From a virus: a stretch of DNA of 64,000 nt. The notes under the pieces were generated by a model, which worked only from the letters and a program-made list of their open reading frames with translations, ran no database searches and was not told the origin of the DNA. Below, piece after piece: positions 27,672 through 37,152 of this stretch; within the stretch, counting starts at the first letter, position 1; every line of letters starts with the position of its first letter. The position numbers were made by a program, and so were the translations under genes. The stretch covers positions 51,556-115,555 of IMG/VR virus record IMGVR_UViG_3300049460_000134; one strand, written 5' to 3'.

Positions 27672-27895
27672 TGAAAAATCCAAAGTATTTCGTCCTCAAC
27701 GAGCACACGCTGGGCTACACAATCGAGGAGACGTCTGGCTGGTTTGGCATCTTGCACGCCAGCATTCTCAAGGGCAGCACCTACGACCGACTGAGTGGTC
27801 CAGTCGTGATCTCGCCGAGCGACACGCTGCGGCCTGCCACCAAGGCTGACTTCGATGAATATCGCGTATCCTGGAAGGGGCATTTGGATGACTGA
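27671..27895 (+). CDS. Hypothetical protein
   Basis: TGATG coupling; LRPATKADFDEYRVS. Confidence 0.65.
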   Translation: MKNPKYFVLNEHTLGYTIEETSGWFGILHASILKGSTYDRLSGPVVISPSDTLRPATKADFDEYRVSWKGHLDD

Positions 27896-28283
27896 ACTTA
27901 TATCTATCGCCGACGACGCGGCTATCGAGCCAGTCTTTGACTTCTCCTCGCCTGAAGACGTGCTGATCGAGGTCATCATGCACGACCTGGCCGGCTCCAA
28001 GACCGACTGGAAGAACTTCGGCATCGAGTCCACGACGATCATCAACGGCAAGGAAGGCGTGATCGGCGCTGCCGAGTATGAGCGCACCGAAGGCGGCTTC
28101 CTCGACTACACGATCAAGGACATGATCGACCCGCCTGGCGAAGGCTGGTTCGTAATCGTCGGTGTCACCGCCACCTATCATCGCGGCGATGGATGGATGA
28201 CCGATGACAATATGAGCTTCGAACATCAAACCGTGCGGCCTGCGACGCCGGACGAGATTGCCTCGGAGAGCGTGACTCAATAG
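27888..28283 (+). CDS. Hypothetical acidic protein
   Basis: Operon packing. Confidence 0.65.
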   Translation: MTELISIADDAAIEPVFDFSSPEDVLIEVIMHDLAGSKTDWKNFGIESTTIINGKEGVIGAAEYERTEGGFLDYTIKDMIDPPGEGWFVIVGVTATYHRGDGWMTDDNMSFEHQTVRPATPDEIASESVTQ

Positions 28284-28315
28284 CTTGCTGCCAATGATTC
28301 ACATGGGGGATAAGC

Positions 28316-28501
28316 ATGCTCAAAGGACCGCTTAAATGGTGGATCCTCTTCTTTCTCGTGATGGCCGCTGTGATCATCCACGATCAGAGCCGACGTCGCA
28401 TCAAGGACGGCGTAGACTGCACGAACATCAAAAATTGGGGTCGCCAAATCTGTGAAGACACTTGGCGCGACGGCTCTGGTAGCGACGACGTCAAGAGCTA
28501 A
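28316..28501 (+). CDS. Small membrane protein
   Basis: N-terminal TM helix. Confidence 0.5.
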   Translation: MLKGPLKWWILFFLVMAAVIIHDQSRRRIKDGVDCTNIKNWGRQICEDTWRDGSGSDDVKS

Positions 28502-28649
28502 GGCTCATTTCCGACAAGCGATAGTTATCGATAGTCAGCCACACCGGCGCCGAATCCCATGGACGACAGAACAGATTGAGCCGTTCGCTTCTTGATCGAG
28601 GCGAGCGGCATTTCTTTACAATGCGTTAACGCCACGGCGAGCCGCAGGG

Positions 28650-28665
28650 TTAACAAGTGGTTAAC
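28650..28665. promoter_or_regulatory. CtrA-box match
   Basis: TTAA-CAAGTGG-TTAAC (TTAA-N7-TTAAC). Confidence 0.6.
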
Positions 28666-28732
28666 GGCCATTCTCCTTGCAGACCCTATCTAGGGCTTCT
28701 ATTAGACCAGCCTGCAACAACAGAGGTCACAC

Positions 28733-29005
28733 ATGAAGTCCATTCTCACCGCCGCACTCGTCGCTCTCAGCGCTCTCCCCTCTTTCGCCTATGAGGCAGA
28801 CACGCCGAGCCGCGCCATCATGATCTATCCGGATTCCACGCCTGACGACCGCATCAACGTCTCCGGCATCATGCCCTGGAGCGATTGCGAAAAGGTCGTG
28901 GCACAGCCGGCAGACGAGAACAACAAAGGCTCGATCGTCTTTTGCGTGCCTGCCGACATGCGAGAAGGCTCGATCAGCGGCGCCGTGCCGTTCACGCGCA
29001 ATTAA
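28733..29005 (+). CDS. Secreted/periplasmic protein
   Basis: Signal peptide MKSILTAALVALSALPSFA. Confidence 0.7.
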   Translation: MKSILTAALVALSALPSFAYEADTPSRAIMIYPDSTPDDRINVSGIMPWSDCEKVVAQPADENNKGSIVFCVPADMREGSISGAVPFTRN

Positions 29006-29011
29006 GTGACC

Positions 29012-29039
29012 AGGCCGCCACGGAGCGGCCTTTTCTTTT
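29012..29039 (+). terminator. Intrinsic terminator
   Basis: AGGCCGC-CACGGA-GCGGCCTTTTCTTTT. Confidence 0.7.
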
Positions 29040-29108
29040 GGTCTGGTTAGTCAGTCAATATTGACTTACAATAACGGAAAGATTTCCCCTTTCTATTGGA
29101 GACACGAC

Positions 29109-29744
29109 ATGCCAGCGCCGAAAAATGACATCAGACAGTTCCGCTTTAAGGTGCGGATCACCGCTCTCGGGCGAGAAGAATACACCGGCAAGATCGCCAA
29201 GGTCTCCTTTAAGGACGGGCTTTCCGAGAATTTCGTCAGCTATCAAGAGGCGATGTCCGTCTGTGCGACTATCACCGCCGAGATCTCTCCGGATTACGGC
29301 GACGGCGATCTGAATTTCAGCCCCGCCAGCCCCGCCCTTCTTGCGGCTCAATTTGCTACCGAGCGCGAAGACGATGCGCCCGATACGGTAGCAACGAAGG
29401 TTGTCCTGCCCAATGTCGAACCGCTCGCCATCAAGACCATCCAGGGTTCTGAATACTTGCTGAGCGACAGCGACGCCGGCTATCTGCTCGACTTCGAGGA
29501 GGGCTGTGAAATCACTGTGCCGAGCGGTTTGAAGGAAGGCTTCTACTGCTCGCTGCGACAGGGCGGCGACGATCAGATCGAGGTCGCCGGTGATGATCCC
29601 GAGATCGGGCGTGCCGTGATCGTCGAGGAAATCGACGACCTGTTCTTCTCCGAAAAGCGCCTGGCGATCCTGCACCTGGCACGATTCCCTGATGGCAGCT
29701 TCCAGCTTACCGGCCGCACCGGCGAAGAGCAGGAGTCGGCGTAA
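29109..29744 (+). CDS. Putative virion fibre adaptor
   Basis: N-terminus resembles that of the 56098 product; C-terminal YLL..SDAG...ITVPSGL..GF...Q fibre-type domain. Confidence 0.55.
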   Translation: MPAPKNDIRQFRFKVRITALGREEYTGKIAKVSFKDGLSENFVSYQEAMSVCATITAEISPDYGDGDLNFSPASPALLAAQFATEREDDAPDTVATKVVLPNVEPLAIKTIQGSEYLLSDSDAGYLLDFEEGCEITVPSGLKEGFYCSLRQGGDDQIEVAGDDPEIGRAVIVEEIDDLFFSEKRLAILHLARFPDGSFQLTGRTGEEQESA

Positions 29745-31918
29745 TGCGTCACCCCTTCCTCTCCCGCTTCGATCATAGCGGCCGCTCCGGATCTTCCGGT
29801 GGCGTGCCGCGCTTCACCCTTGACTACGACTCGATCGCCGAAGATTTCGAGATCGGCTGGTCTGTTACCAGCCTCCTGATCAACGGCGATACCAACGATC
29901 CTAACTACACCAGCTTCGTCATCGTCGATGACCCGGATGGGAGGTTCTCGATCAGCGGAAGCACTCTGTTCCTTGCTGCTCTGGTGGATTACGAGACCAA
30001 GTCGAGCCACGACGTGTCGATCATGGCTATTCACGCTACCGACCCGACCAAGAACATCGTCAAGACCTTCACCATCCAGGTCGAGAACCTTGCAGAAGGC
30101 CTGCTTGGCCCGACCGTGGCGAGCTTCATCTCGGGTGCGGCGCCTGGCACGGTCGTTTGCGACATCACCGGTCTAGACGTCAGCGTGAACGAGCGGCTTT
30201 TGGCGATCCTGTATCCCGCGAACAACAAGGTTGTCATCAGTCCGGACGGCATGCAGCTCCTTGTGGGCACAAACCTTCAGTCGGCAGGACAGACGGAAAC
30301 CCTCAGCATTGTTACCAACCGTGGCCGGAATCTCAACATCGATGTCACCGCCCAGTCGGCAGAGCAGCCGATCTACCGCGTGGCAACGCGTCAGTATGGC
30401 ACCGGCTACAACGCCGAAAGCGTTGCGCTGACTGGCGATGGCTCGACCAAGACCTATACGACCTCGCTCGTCAACGAGAGTGGTCGGCAGATGGATACGG
30501 TCGCGATCGCATTCCAGGGCTGGGGTCTCATCACGACTGGCACGCAGCCTGTCGGGAACGACAACACCATGTCTGGCACGATCACCTACAATGGCGTGAC
30601 GCAGAACTTTCAGGACGTTGTGGTGCCCAATGGTGACGACACGCAGAATGCGGATCTTGCTCTCTCGACGCCGATCCCGGCAGGCGCAAGCTTCAGCATC
30701 AACCTTAGCTCTCCGGTCGCAAGCGGTGCCAAGTATCCGCCGCGGCTTGGCTTTGCTGGCGTGCTGACCAAGGCTCTCGAGTCCGAGCTGGAGCCTGCCT
30801 TCTACGGCATCGGTGACTCGATCGCGACCAACAATGGCGCAGCACTCATGAACGCCTCGATCGGCAAGTGCCCTGTCTACCAGGCGTCGATCGTCGGAAC
30901 GACCGCACAAGCCTATGGCGAGAATACCGCCAACTTCCTGCGCCAGAAGAACCTGGCAAAGCGGCTTGGTGCGGACTTCTTCTGCGACTTCGGCACCAAC
31001 GACCTGATCGCCAGCAAGACGCCGGCGCAGATCCTCGGCTGGCTGAAGAACATGCGCGATCTCGCCAAGGCAGACGGTATCGGCTGGATCCAGACGACGA
31101 TGCTGCCGCGCGTCACCAAGAAGGCAGCGGTCGCCGTGACCAGCCTGACGTCCGATGGCATCAGCAACAGGATGAAGATCAAGGTTGCGGACGCGTCGAT
31201 CTTCACGATCGGTCAGGCCTACTCGGTGGCAGGCGCAACACCGGCTGGCTACAACGGCTCGACGATCTGTGACGGACTCGACCTTGCACAGAACGAGGCA
31301 ACCTTCATCTGCGCCAATGGTCTCGCGAGCCCCGCGACCGGCACGATCACCATCACGGCTCGTAATCCGACCAACACGGCCTACTGGCAGCAGCCGGCGA
31401 ACTCCAACTACAATCCAGGCGCGGCAAGCCCTCGTGGCGTGTTCAACACGGCAGTTCGAAATGGACCATCCAGCGGTGACTTCGACGCCTTTGTAGATTG
31501 GGCGGATGCCGTAGAGCCCTTCCGTGACAGCGGCCGCTTTGCCGTGGCTGGCGAAAAGGGCAAACTGCCGTTGCCTGTCATCGCGACCGTCATCGCCGGC
31601 GGCACCAGGACGACCACGCGTTTCAATACCGACTACGGCGTTGGGTCGAGCACGACGGCAAACGGTCTGGTGCAGTTCATCACCGGCGCCAATGCCGGCC
31701 AGCTCAAGGGCGCATCGAACAACACCGCCGGCGACATCACGTTGCTGACGGCTCTGACCGCGGCTCCGGCTGTCGGCGACAAGATGTGGGTTTGGCCTGG
31801 CGTCTGCTACCAGTCCGACGACGGTATCCACGACCGCGTCTCGACAGGCGGCATGGGTGGGCAGGTGCTCCTCGATGATGAGACCCAAGAGTTCCTCATC
31901 GAAGCGATTGCCGCCTAG
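29744..31918 (+). CDS. Cadherin-like domain plus SGNH/GDSL esterase, probable virion fibre or spike
   Basis: LVDYET cadherin motif; GDS, GTND and DGIH SGNH blocks; Thr/Gly-rich beta content. Confidence 0.75.
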   Translation: MRHPFLSRFDHSGRSGSSGGVPRFTLDYDSIAEDFEIGWSVTSLLINGDTNDPNYTSFVIVDDPDGRFSISGSTLFLAALVDYETKSSHDVSIMAIHATDPTKNIVKTFTIQVENLAEGLLGPTVASFISGAAPGTVVCDITGLDVSVNERLLAILYPANNKVVISPDGMQLLVGTNLQSAGQTETLSIVTNRGRNLNIDVTAQSAEQPIYRVATRQYGTGYNAESVALTGDGSTKTYTTSLVNESGRQMDTVAIAFQGWGLITTGTQPVGNDNTMSGTITYNGVTQNFQDVVVPNGDDTQNADLALSTPIPAGASFSINLSSPVASGAKYPPRLGFAGVLTKALESELEPAFYGIGDSIATNNGAALMNASIGKCPVYQASIVGTTAQAYGENTANFLRQKNLAKRLGADFFCDFGTNDLIASKTPAQILGWLKNMRDLAKADGIGWIQTTMLPRVTKKAAVAVTSLTSDGISNRMKIKVADASIFTIGQAYSVAGATPAGYNGSTICDGLDLAQNEATFICANGLASPATGTITITARNPTNTAYWQQPANSNYNPGAASPRGVFNTAVRNGPSSGDFDAFVDWADAVEPFRDSGRFAVAGEKGKLPLPVIATVIAGGTRTTTRFNTDYGVGSSTTANGLVQFITGANAGQLKGASNNTAGDITLLTALTAAPAVGDKMWVWPGVCYQSDDGIHDRVSTGGMGGQVLLDDETQEFLIEAIAA

Positions 31919-32220
31919 CGCGGCAGTTGGCCAAGGATCCACATGTTATGATCCTTGGCCCCACACTTTCGGCACCTAAGCATGTGCTTCAAGGAGCCAA
32001 TATACGTATTGGCTCCATATTTCCTGACCAGCTCCCAGCGATCCACCCATCCGTCATGCTCGCATTTGATGCAGTGTCCGCCGAGCGCATAATACTCAGG
32101 CAGATCATCAAAAACCGTGTGCTGTGGATCCATGAGTGGTCCCAGGTAGGTGATGCCGTCAGACGGTCGCCGCACCAGTTCCACACCTCGCCGGTGTTTC
32201 ATTGTTCCTATTTTGTTCAC
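31915..32220 (-). CDS. Zn-ribbon hypothetical protein
   Basis: CIKC...CRKC. Confidence 0.6.
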   Translation of the reverse strand: MNKIGTMKHRRGVELVRRPSDGITYLGPLMDPQHTVFDDLPEYYALGGHCIKCEHDGWVDRWELVRKYGANTYIGSLKHMLRCRKCGAKDHNMWILGQLPR

Positions 32221-32233
32221 TAAACAGCCGGAG

Positions 32234-32605
32234 TCAATTAGCCTCTGGTGATATGGCAGGTTTTCTTTTCCTCGAGCCCTTCAGTTTCAGCCGTGGCTCA
32301 GGGCGCAACTGGATATACTCTTCCAGCATCATGAGCATTTCAGCAGCCGCGGCGGCCGCCACGAACGCAGCTCTTGCCTCTTCCGGATCAACCTTGCCTT
32401 CCATAGCGGCCAGGCACACCAGTTGCGCGTTCTGCCACTCCTCGCCGCGGTCATCTTCAGGCCAGCGGAAGACCAGGCTGTAAGCCAGGTCGCCAAGGGT
32501 AGCGTGCCGGCGCATGTTCACGCCTTTGCGCTTCTCGATGCAGACGATGGCATCGCGGATGCTCATGTGCTCGCCAATGTATTCAGCCATACGCATTACC
32601 TCCAA
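32234..32605 (-). CDS. DUF982-like protein
   Basis: WP....EW..A...CLAAMEG...PEEARAAFVAAA. Confidence 0.7.
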   Translation of the reverse strand: MEVMRMAEYIGEHMSIRDAIVCIEKRKGVNMRRHATLGDLAYSLVFRWPEDDRGEEWQNAQLVCLAAMEGKVDPEEARAAFVAAAAAAEMLMMLEEYIQLRPEPRLKLKGSRKRKPAISPEAN

Positions 32606-32739
32606 GGGAGTCCAAGGTAGGCGTCACATGTTACGAATCCAAGAGCCATATTAGAGTCGCCTAAAAGAATCTTCCGAACATAGCCGCGAGCTTCCCAGCA
32701 GCGAGCATGCGATAACAAATCATCAAAGACGAAGAGAGA

Positions 32740-33130
32740 AAGAGAGCTAACAGTGAGATCGCCATGTGAACGATGAGGGTAGCTACCTCGACCGCAAATA
32801 GCTCGGCTCCGATTAAGCTCGTCACGCTCATACGGTAGGCAGACCGCTACAATAGAGGATGGGATAGATATGCGCCCTACCCTCCGGCTGCTGAGTCCGC
32901 TTTGTCGCCCACTCGCTTAGAGATCCGGGGTGAAATCAATCCACCTGTATGCCTTGCGCCGAACCCTTGACCCCGGCAGGCGCATTGTCACAGCGAGCCA
33001 TCGCTTGATTGCTCACGATCCACTCCCTACGCGGTGAAGAATGTAGCCTCGTTGTGAACCGAAGGACCGCTCGGAGTGAGATCAATGAACAATCGCCGCA
33101 AATAGCCACTTGGACGCCGTTCTCAAGTGT
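32740..33130 (+). ncRNA. Candidate ~390-nt structured non-coding RNA
   Basis: ORF-free; follows a promoter motif; many hairpins; duplicated GTGAGATC...TGAAC...CCGCAAATAGC module. Confidence 0.5.
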
Positions 33131-33173
33131 CGTATTCAGTAATTATTGACTGACAAACACGAAAGAGCGAGCT

Positions 33174-33395
33174 ATGAAGCGCAAACCGACAAAGACCATA
33201 GAATTCACAGCGGCTGAGCACCGCGTCATCACGGCAATCGTCAACGCTATCCAGTTCGGCGGCGACGTCGTCGTGGCAGCTCAGCGCGCCGAAGAGCGCA
33301 ACAACGATGTGAAGCCGGTCGCTGAAGGTTCCGAGGAGGAACTAATCATCTGGGGTAACATCACCGATCTCTTCCAAAAGATCCGGCTCGCCTGA
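33174..33395 (+). CDS. Hypothetical early protein
   Basis: Follows an operator. Confidence 0.65.
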   Translation: MKRKPTKTIEFTAAEHRVITAIVNAIQFGGDVVVAAQRAEERNNDVKPVAEGSEEELIIWGNITDLFQKIRLA

Positions 33396-33406
33396 AAGGA
33401 ACAACA

Positions 33407-33871
33407 ATGACCAAGGAACAAATCGCCGAGATCTGGGACCGGTATTTCGAGATCGTCAGCGAGGACGATGATGACGTCGTGCCGGTGCATGGCGAGCTGG
33501 CTGAGAAGCTCAAGGCTCTGATCGCTGAGGCGCCATACCAGGGCAAGGATCCGATGTTCTGCACTGGCTTCTGGACATACGAGGACGGCAACCGTGCCTT
33601 TGAGATCAGCCTCCACCTCAACAGCGGCGAATCTGCCATCTGCGACGCCGACGTCCCTGATGTGGATAAGCGCAGCGATCGCCTCGACAAGCTGCGCTGG
33701 GCCCAGATCCGCGCATTGCTGACGGTGGACGAGGCAAACGCCCTAGTCGAGTGTGCTGAGGCAATGGACCAGTTCGCCGACGAATGCGAGTCTCAAGGCA
33801 ACGAGGTGTCAGCAGACGAGCTTTGGACCAAGGCAGGACTCGTGCAAAGCATGATGGCGTGCGCTCCATGA
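33407..33871 (+). CDS. Hypothetical acidic protein
   Basis: AAGGA SD. Confidence 0.7.
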   Translation: MTKEQIAEIWDRYFEIVSEDDDDVVPVHGELAEKLKALIAEAPYQGKDPMFCTGFWTYEDGNRAFEISLHLNSGESAICDADVPDVDKRSDRLDKLRWAQIRALLTVDEANALVECAEAMDQFADECESQGNEVSADELWTKAGLVQSMMACAP

Positions 33872-34023
33872 TGACGGCAGCATATCAGACCAAGCTCCTC
33901 AAAGACCGTCGCACCTTGGCGCAGAGTAAGGTAAAGGCGTTGGCAGAGGGCGACGCCAAGCGAGCCGCTTACGAGAAGTGGATCGCCGAGCTCGACGAAC
34001 AGATAATGGCTCTAGGAGGCTAG
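33868..34023 (+). CDS. Small helical protein
   Basis: ATGA overlap. Confidence 0.5.
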   Translation: MMTAAYQTKLLKDRRTLAQSKVKALAEGDAKRAAYEKWIAELDEQIMALGG

Positions 34024-34496
34024 GTATGATTGGCACAATTGAGCTCATGGCGTTCTTCTTCGTCGGCGGACTGATGTTCTGCACCGGCGTTCACTTCGAG
34101 CGCTGGCAGGTTCGCCAGGAGCAGAGGAGAGAATGGAATGACCGCTGATCCACGCCTAACCCGATCATTCGGCATCAAGTGGCCGCGGATCTTCCCTGGG
34201 ACTATCTGATCCCTGGGTGTGTCACTGCCATCAAGAAGAGGCGCGAGCAAGCTGGGCACGACTTCATCCGGCTCTACGAGGCCTTCTACAAGAGCCGATA
34301 ACAGTTTCAGGTAGGGGATCTGTCCGTGCTTCCCCTACAGCGCGCAGCCGGCGGTCGTGCTACCAAACAACACCGGCAGACTGCAGCCGTTCTCTTTCGG
34401 CGGTGATGCAGCATAGAGAGCCACGCCATACCCCAGGCGTGTGAAGTAAAGAGCGACTGTTGGCTCTTTCTCTCTATAGCCAGGTAGAGCCGTGGC

Positions 34497-34964
34497 ATGC
34501 CATATCTCTCGCAGAGGGAGATACAGATGATTGACCAGGCGAAATACGACAAAGAGCTCGAGGAATGGCTCGAGAATACACCGACCTTGGCTCACGAGCG
34601 CCGCGCACTCGATAAGCTTAGAGCTGCCTACCAGGCGGTATTAAGCGATCCGCGGTTCAAACTCTCCCCTTGGCTTGCAAATGTGGTCCGCAGCGACGCC
34701 AATAACTATCTGTGGCTCGATATTCGCACGCATGCCTGGAACGAGAACGACGATGCGCAGTGGGTGATGAACTACGACCTTGGGCTCGGCGCCTATTTTC
34801 AATGGGTGAGAAACGACCAGGACCACCAAGTGGTGCGCAGCCGGATCGACGAGAAGGACGTAATCGACCTCGCCATTCAGTTCTGCCTGAAAGCGCTGGA
34901 GAAAGGATGGCTACCGCCACGGTCCTTGACAGGCCAGGCCACGGCACCACTCACAGGCGATTAA
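34497..34964 (+). CDS. Hypothetical protein
   Basis: 155-aa ORF; alternative start at 34527 with GGAG SD. Confidence 0.65.
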   Translation: MPYLSQREIQMIDQAKYDKELEEWLENTPTLAHERRALDKLRAAYQAVLSDPRFKLSPWLANVVRSDANNYLWLDIRTHAWNENDDAQWVMNYDLGLGAYFQWVRNDQDHQVVRSRIDEKDVIDLAIQFCLKALEKGWLPPRSLTGQATAPLTGD

Positions 34965-35075
34965 CAGCCAATCTCCACAACCTCATCCGCTTAACATTAG
35001 ACCGCCCTAATGTTAACTCGAAACCGCGCAGTTAACATCCAATCGTTTAGTGAACATCGCGCCATGCTTAATAGT

Positions 35076-35101
35076 TTAACCTTAGTTTAACACTAACTTA
35101 C
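35076..35101. promoter_or_regulatory. Tandem CtrA-box matches within a TTAAC-rich tract
   Basis: TTAA-CCTTAGT-TTAA-CACTAAC-TTAC; further TTAAC half-sites across 34960-35142. Confidence 0.55.
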
Positions 35102-35174
35102 CCTCAAATGACCGAAATCGAATTTTTCCCTCGAATGTTAAACTCCCCAGAGCACAACCTGCTGACAACGGAAT

Positions 35175-35470
35175 CGCTATAGAAGCTCACACAATCGATC
35201 CGCTCACGTCTAACGATACAGACAGCGCTCTCTATAGCGGATGAAGCTCAGCAACGCTCTCAGCGTCAAACAGCACACAGGTCTCGTCGTATCTAAACGC
35301 TATAGAAACCAGTGCAGAAAACATTCACAGCAACACCGGCTAGAAACAGCTCAATCCATAGAGAGACAGCGACCAGCATAGAGAGCCAATAGACCTAGAG
35401 AGAGGCTATAGAGCACATAAGCGCATAGCGGGGAGAGAGCATAGAGAGGTCCGCGGTATAGAGAGGGAGC
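35175..35470. repeat. Cluster of short (C)TATAGA/ATAGAGAG motifs
   Basis: About ten imperfect copies in an ORF-poor tract; also at 34413, 34470, 35804 and 36867. Confidence 0.5.
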
Positions 35471-35813
35471 TATTGCAAAGAGTCGATGGTGGAAATGCGT
35501 CGGCGCCGATCCTGTCTCGCCAGCCCAATCCACGCCTCGCCTCACCCATCCTGTGCACAGCCGACTTAACCCTTTCGCAACCCGACGCGCGACGCGCTAC
35601 TGTCATTCTGTGACGAGCAGGTGCTCACACGCAGCGAATGATCTGGGGCTGGGGCATTGGATCATCACCTTAGAGGCGGTCTTCACAGGATCGCCTCTCT
35701 TTTTGACCTCCAGGAAAATAGGAACCACGCCAACTCGCCGTCGCAGACGCCAAACCGTAGGGTGCTCCTAATTGCGGACGTGCCTGATGAGCCGGACCTT
35801 AGCCTCTCTATAG

Positions 35814-35879
35814 CCGCGGCATGCCACCTTAAGCCGGAGTGATCCTAGGATGACCGAGGCGTGCCTTGGAAATCCTCGG
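35814..35879. repeat. 10-bp-phased CC/CCNNGG array
   Basis: CC at 35814, 35824, 35834, 35844, 35854, 35864 and 35874; five of these are CCNNGG. Confidence 0.75.
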
Positions 35880-35892
35880 CGAGACCTTCTTT

Positions 35893-35963
35893 CCGAGTCC
35901 GTGTTCTCACTAATATAATCTTCTTATCTACGTATTATCTATTAGTGAGAACATGGCTCCGGA
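35893..35963. repeat. Inverted-repeat element TTCTCACTAATA..AT-rich..TATTAGTGAGAA (copy 1)
   Basis: Near-identical element in the opposite orientation at 50221-50297. Confidence 0.75.
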
Positions 35964-36110
35964 TATGTCCGGAATGTGTCCGTGGCTCTCCATACGCCGG
36001 AACGAGCCTAAACGTGCCGTGAAAAGCCGATTTCTATCCTAAAATCAAAGACTTATGTTCTTCTCATCGAAAGCGAGCGCACTCGAAGCGCGTCACAGAG
36101 GAGAAAGAGC

Positions 36111-36791
36111 ATGCAGTCCACGTCCAACCAGGCACCGGCCACGTCCAAGAAGATAGAGGCCTACGACTTCAAGCAGGCGGCACAGAGCCATACATCTGAC
36201 GAGTTGGCGGCGTTTGCCTTGCGTGTCGAGCAGGCGTTCACCGCAAGAGCGCAGTTCGAGCTCGACCAGACGAGCAACGCCGACGAGCCGATCCAGAAGA
36301 AGCTCGCCACCGCACGCAAGTCCTTCTCTATGCCGGACACACTGCGCGGCATGATCGAACTCAACCTCGATCCGGAGTTCATCAACGGCACGCTCTCCAA
36401 AGACGGCAAAGGCAAGCGCCTGAACGTCTATGCCATCAAGAAGGCGCAGCAGATCGTGGACTTCATGCTCGGCAAGGACAAGCTGCCGGAGGTGCTGATC
36501 GCCTGCCTCAAGTCGATGGTGGCATTCAAGGCGGCCGGCGAGAAGTTCACGGCAGAGTTTTCCAAGGCTGCAGTCTCAGACAAGATCAGGCTCGCGCCAT
36601 CTGCCGGCCTTAAGCTCCTTGTCAGGCACAACGTCGATAAGGCTACCGCCTCGACGCAGGCAAGTAGTAATATGCGCATTCTGCAGGCTCTTGGTCTGGT
36701 GAAGAACGTAGGCAGTGCACGCTCCGGTGTGTATGAGCTGACGGATACAAAGCAGGCGGTAGCGCTTGTGGATCTTCTGAGGTCAGCCTAG
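36111..36791 (+). CDS. Hypothetical DNA-binding-like protein; paralog of 38916 and 15123 products
   Basis: GAGGAG SD; block-wise similarity to the 38916 product. Confidence 0.8.
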   Translation: MQSTSNQAPATSKKIEAYDFKQAAQSHTSDELAAFALRVEQAFTARAQFELDQTSNADEPIQKKLATARKSFSMPDTLRGMIELNLDPEFINGTLSKDGKGKRLNVYAIKKAQQIVDFMLGKDKLPEVLIACLKSMVAFKAAGEKFTAEFSKAAVSDKIRLAPSAGLKLLVRHNVDKATASTQASSNMRILQALGLVKNVGSARSGVYELTDTKQAVALVDLLRSA

Positions 36792-36824
36792 GCCTCGCCG
36801 GCTAGGCGAAACTGCAGAGGGGAA

Positions 36825-36860
36825 GAGGCGGTAGGCACCCAAACCTACCGCCTCGCTTTG
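36825..36860 (+). terminator. Intrinsic terminator
   Basis: GAGGCGGTAGG..CCTACCGCCTC followed by a T-rich run. Confidence 0.65.
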
Positions 36861-36985
36861 TTTTGGCTATAGAGAGACCAAGGATATCCGTGGCAGCGGC
36901 CATTAGGAACCGGTGGGGTCCAAGGGACCGGCCGCTAGAAACCACGCATGTCCGCTCCAGGTGTAGGGGAAGGATTGGGTTGATG

Positions 36986-37032
36986 CCGCGGCGATCCTAG
37001 GCGATCCGTGGCAGGCCGCGGCAAACCTTGGC
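36986..37032. repeat. 10-bp-phased CCNNGGC array
   Basis: CCGCGG, CCTAGG, CCGTGG, CCGCGG and CCTTGG at 36986, 36996, 37006, 37016 and 37026. Confidence 0.8.
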
Positions 37033-37152
37033 TGAGGCATCGCCTCCCCTCTCCTATCCGTGCCTCGCCGGAGTGATCCAGAGATTGCCGATTGCATGCC
37101 TCTCTCTATCATCGTATCAGTAATTATTGACTGACAAACACAAGAGAGACAC

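Noticed and set aside
30173-31942. Long minus-strand ORFs here and at 14502, 48116, 50935, 55112 and 62410
   Set aside because: Antisense shadows of recognisable high-GC genes
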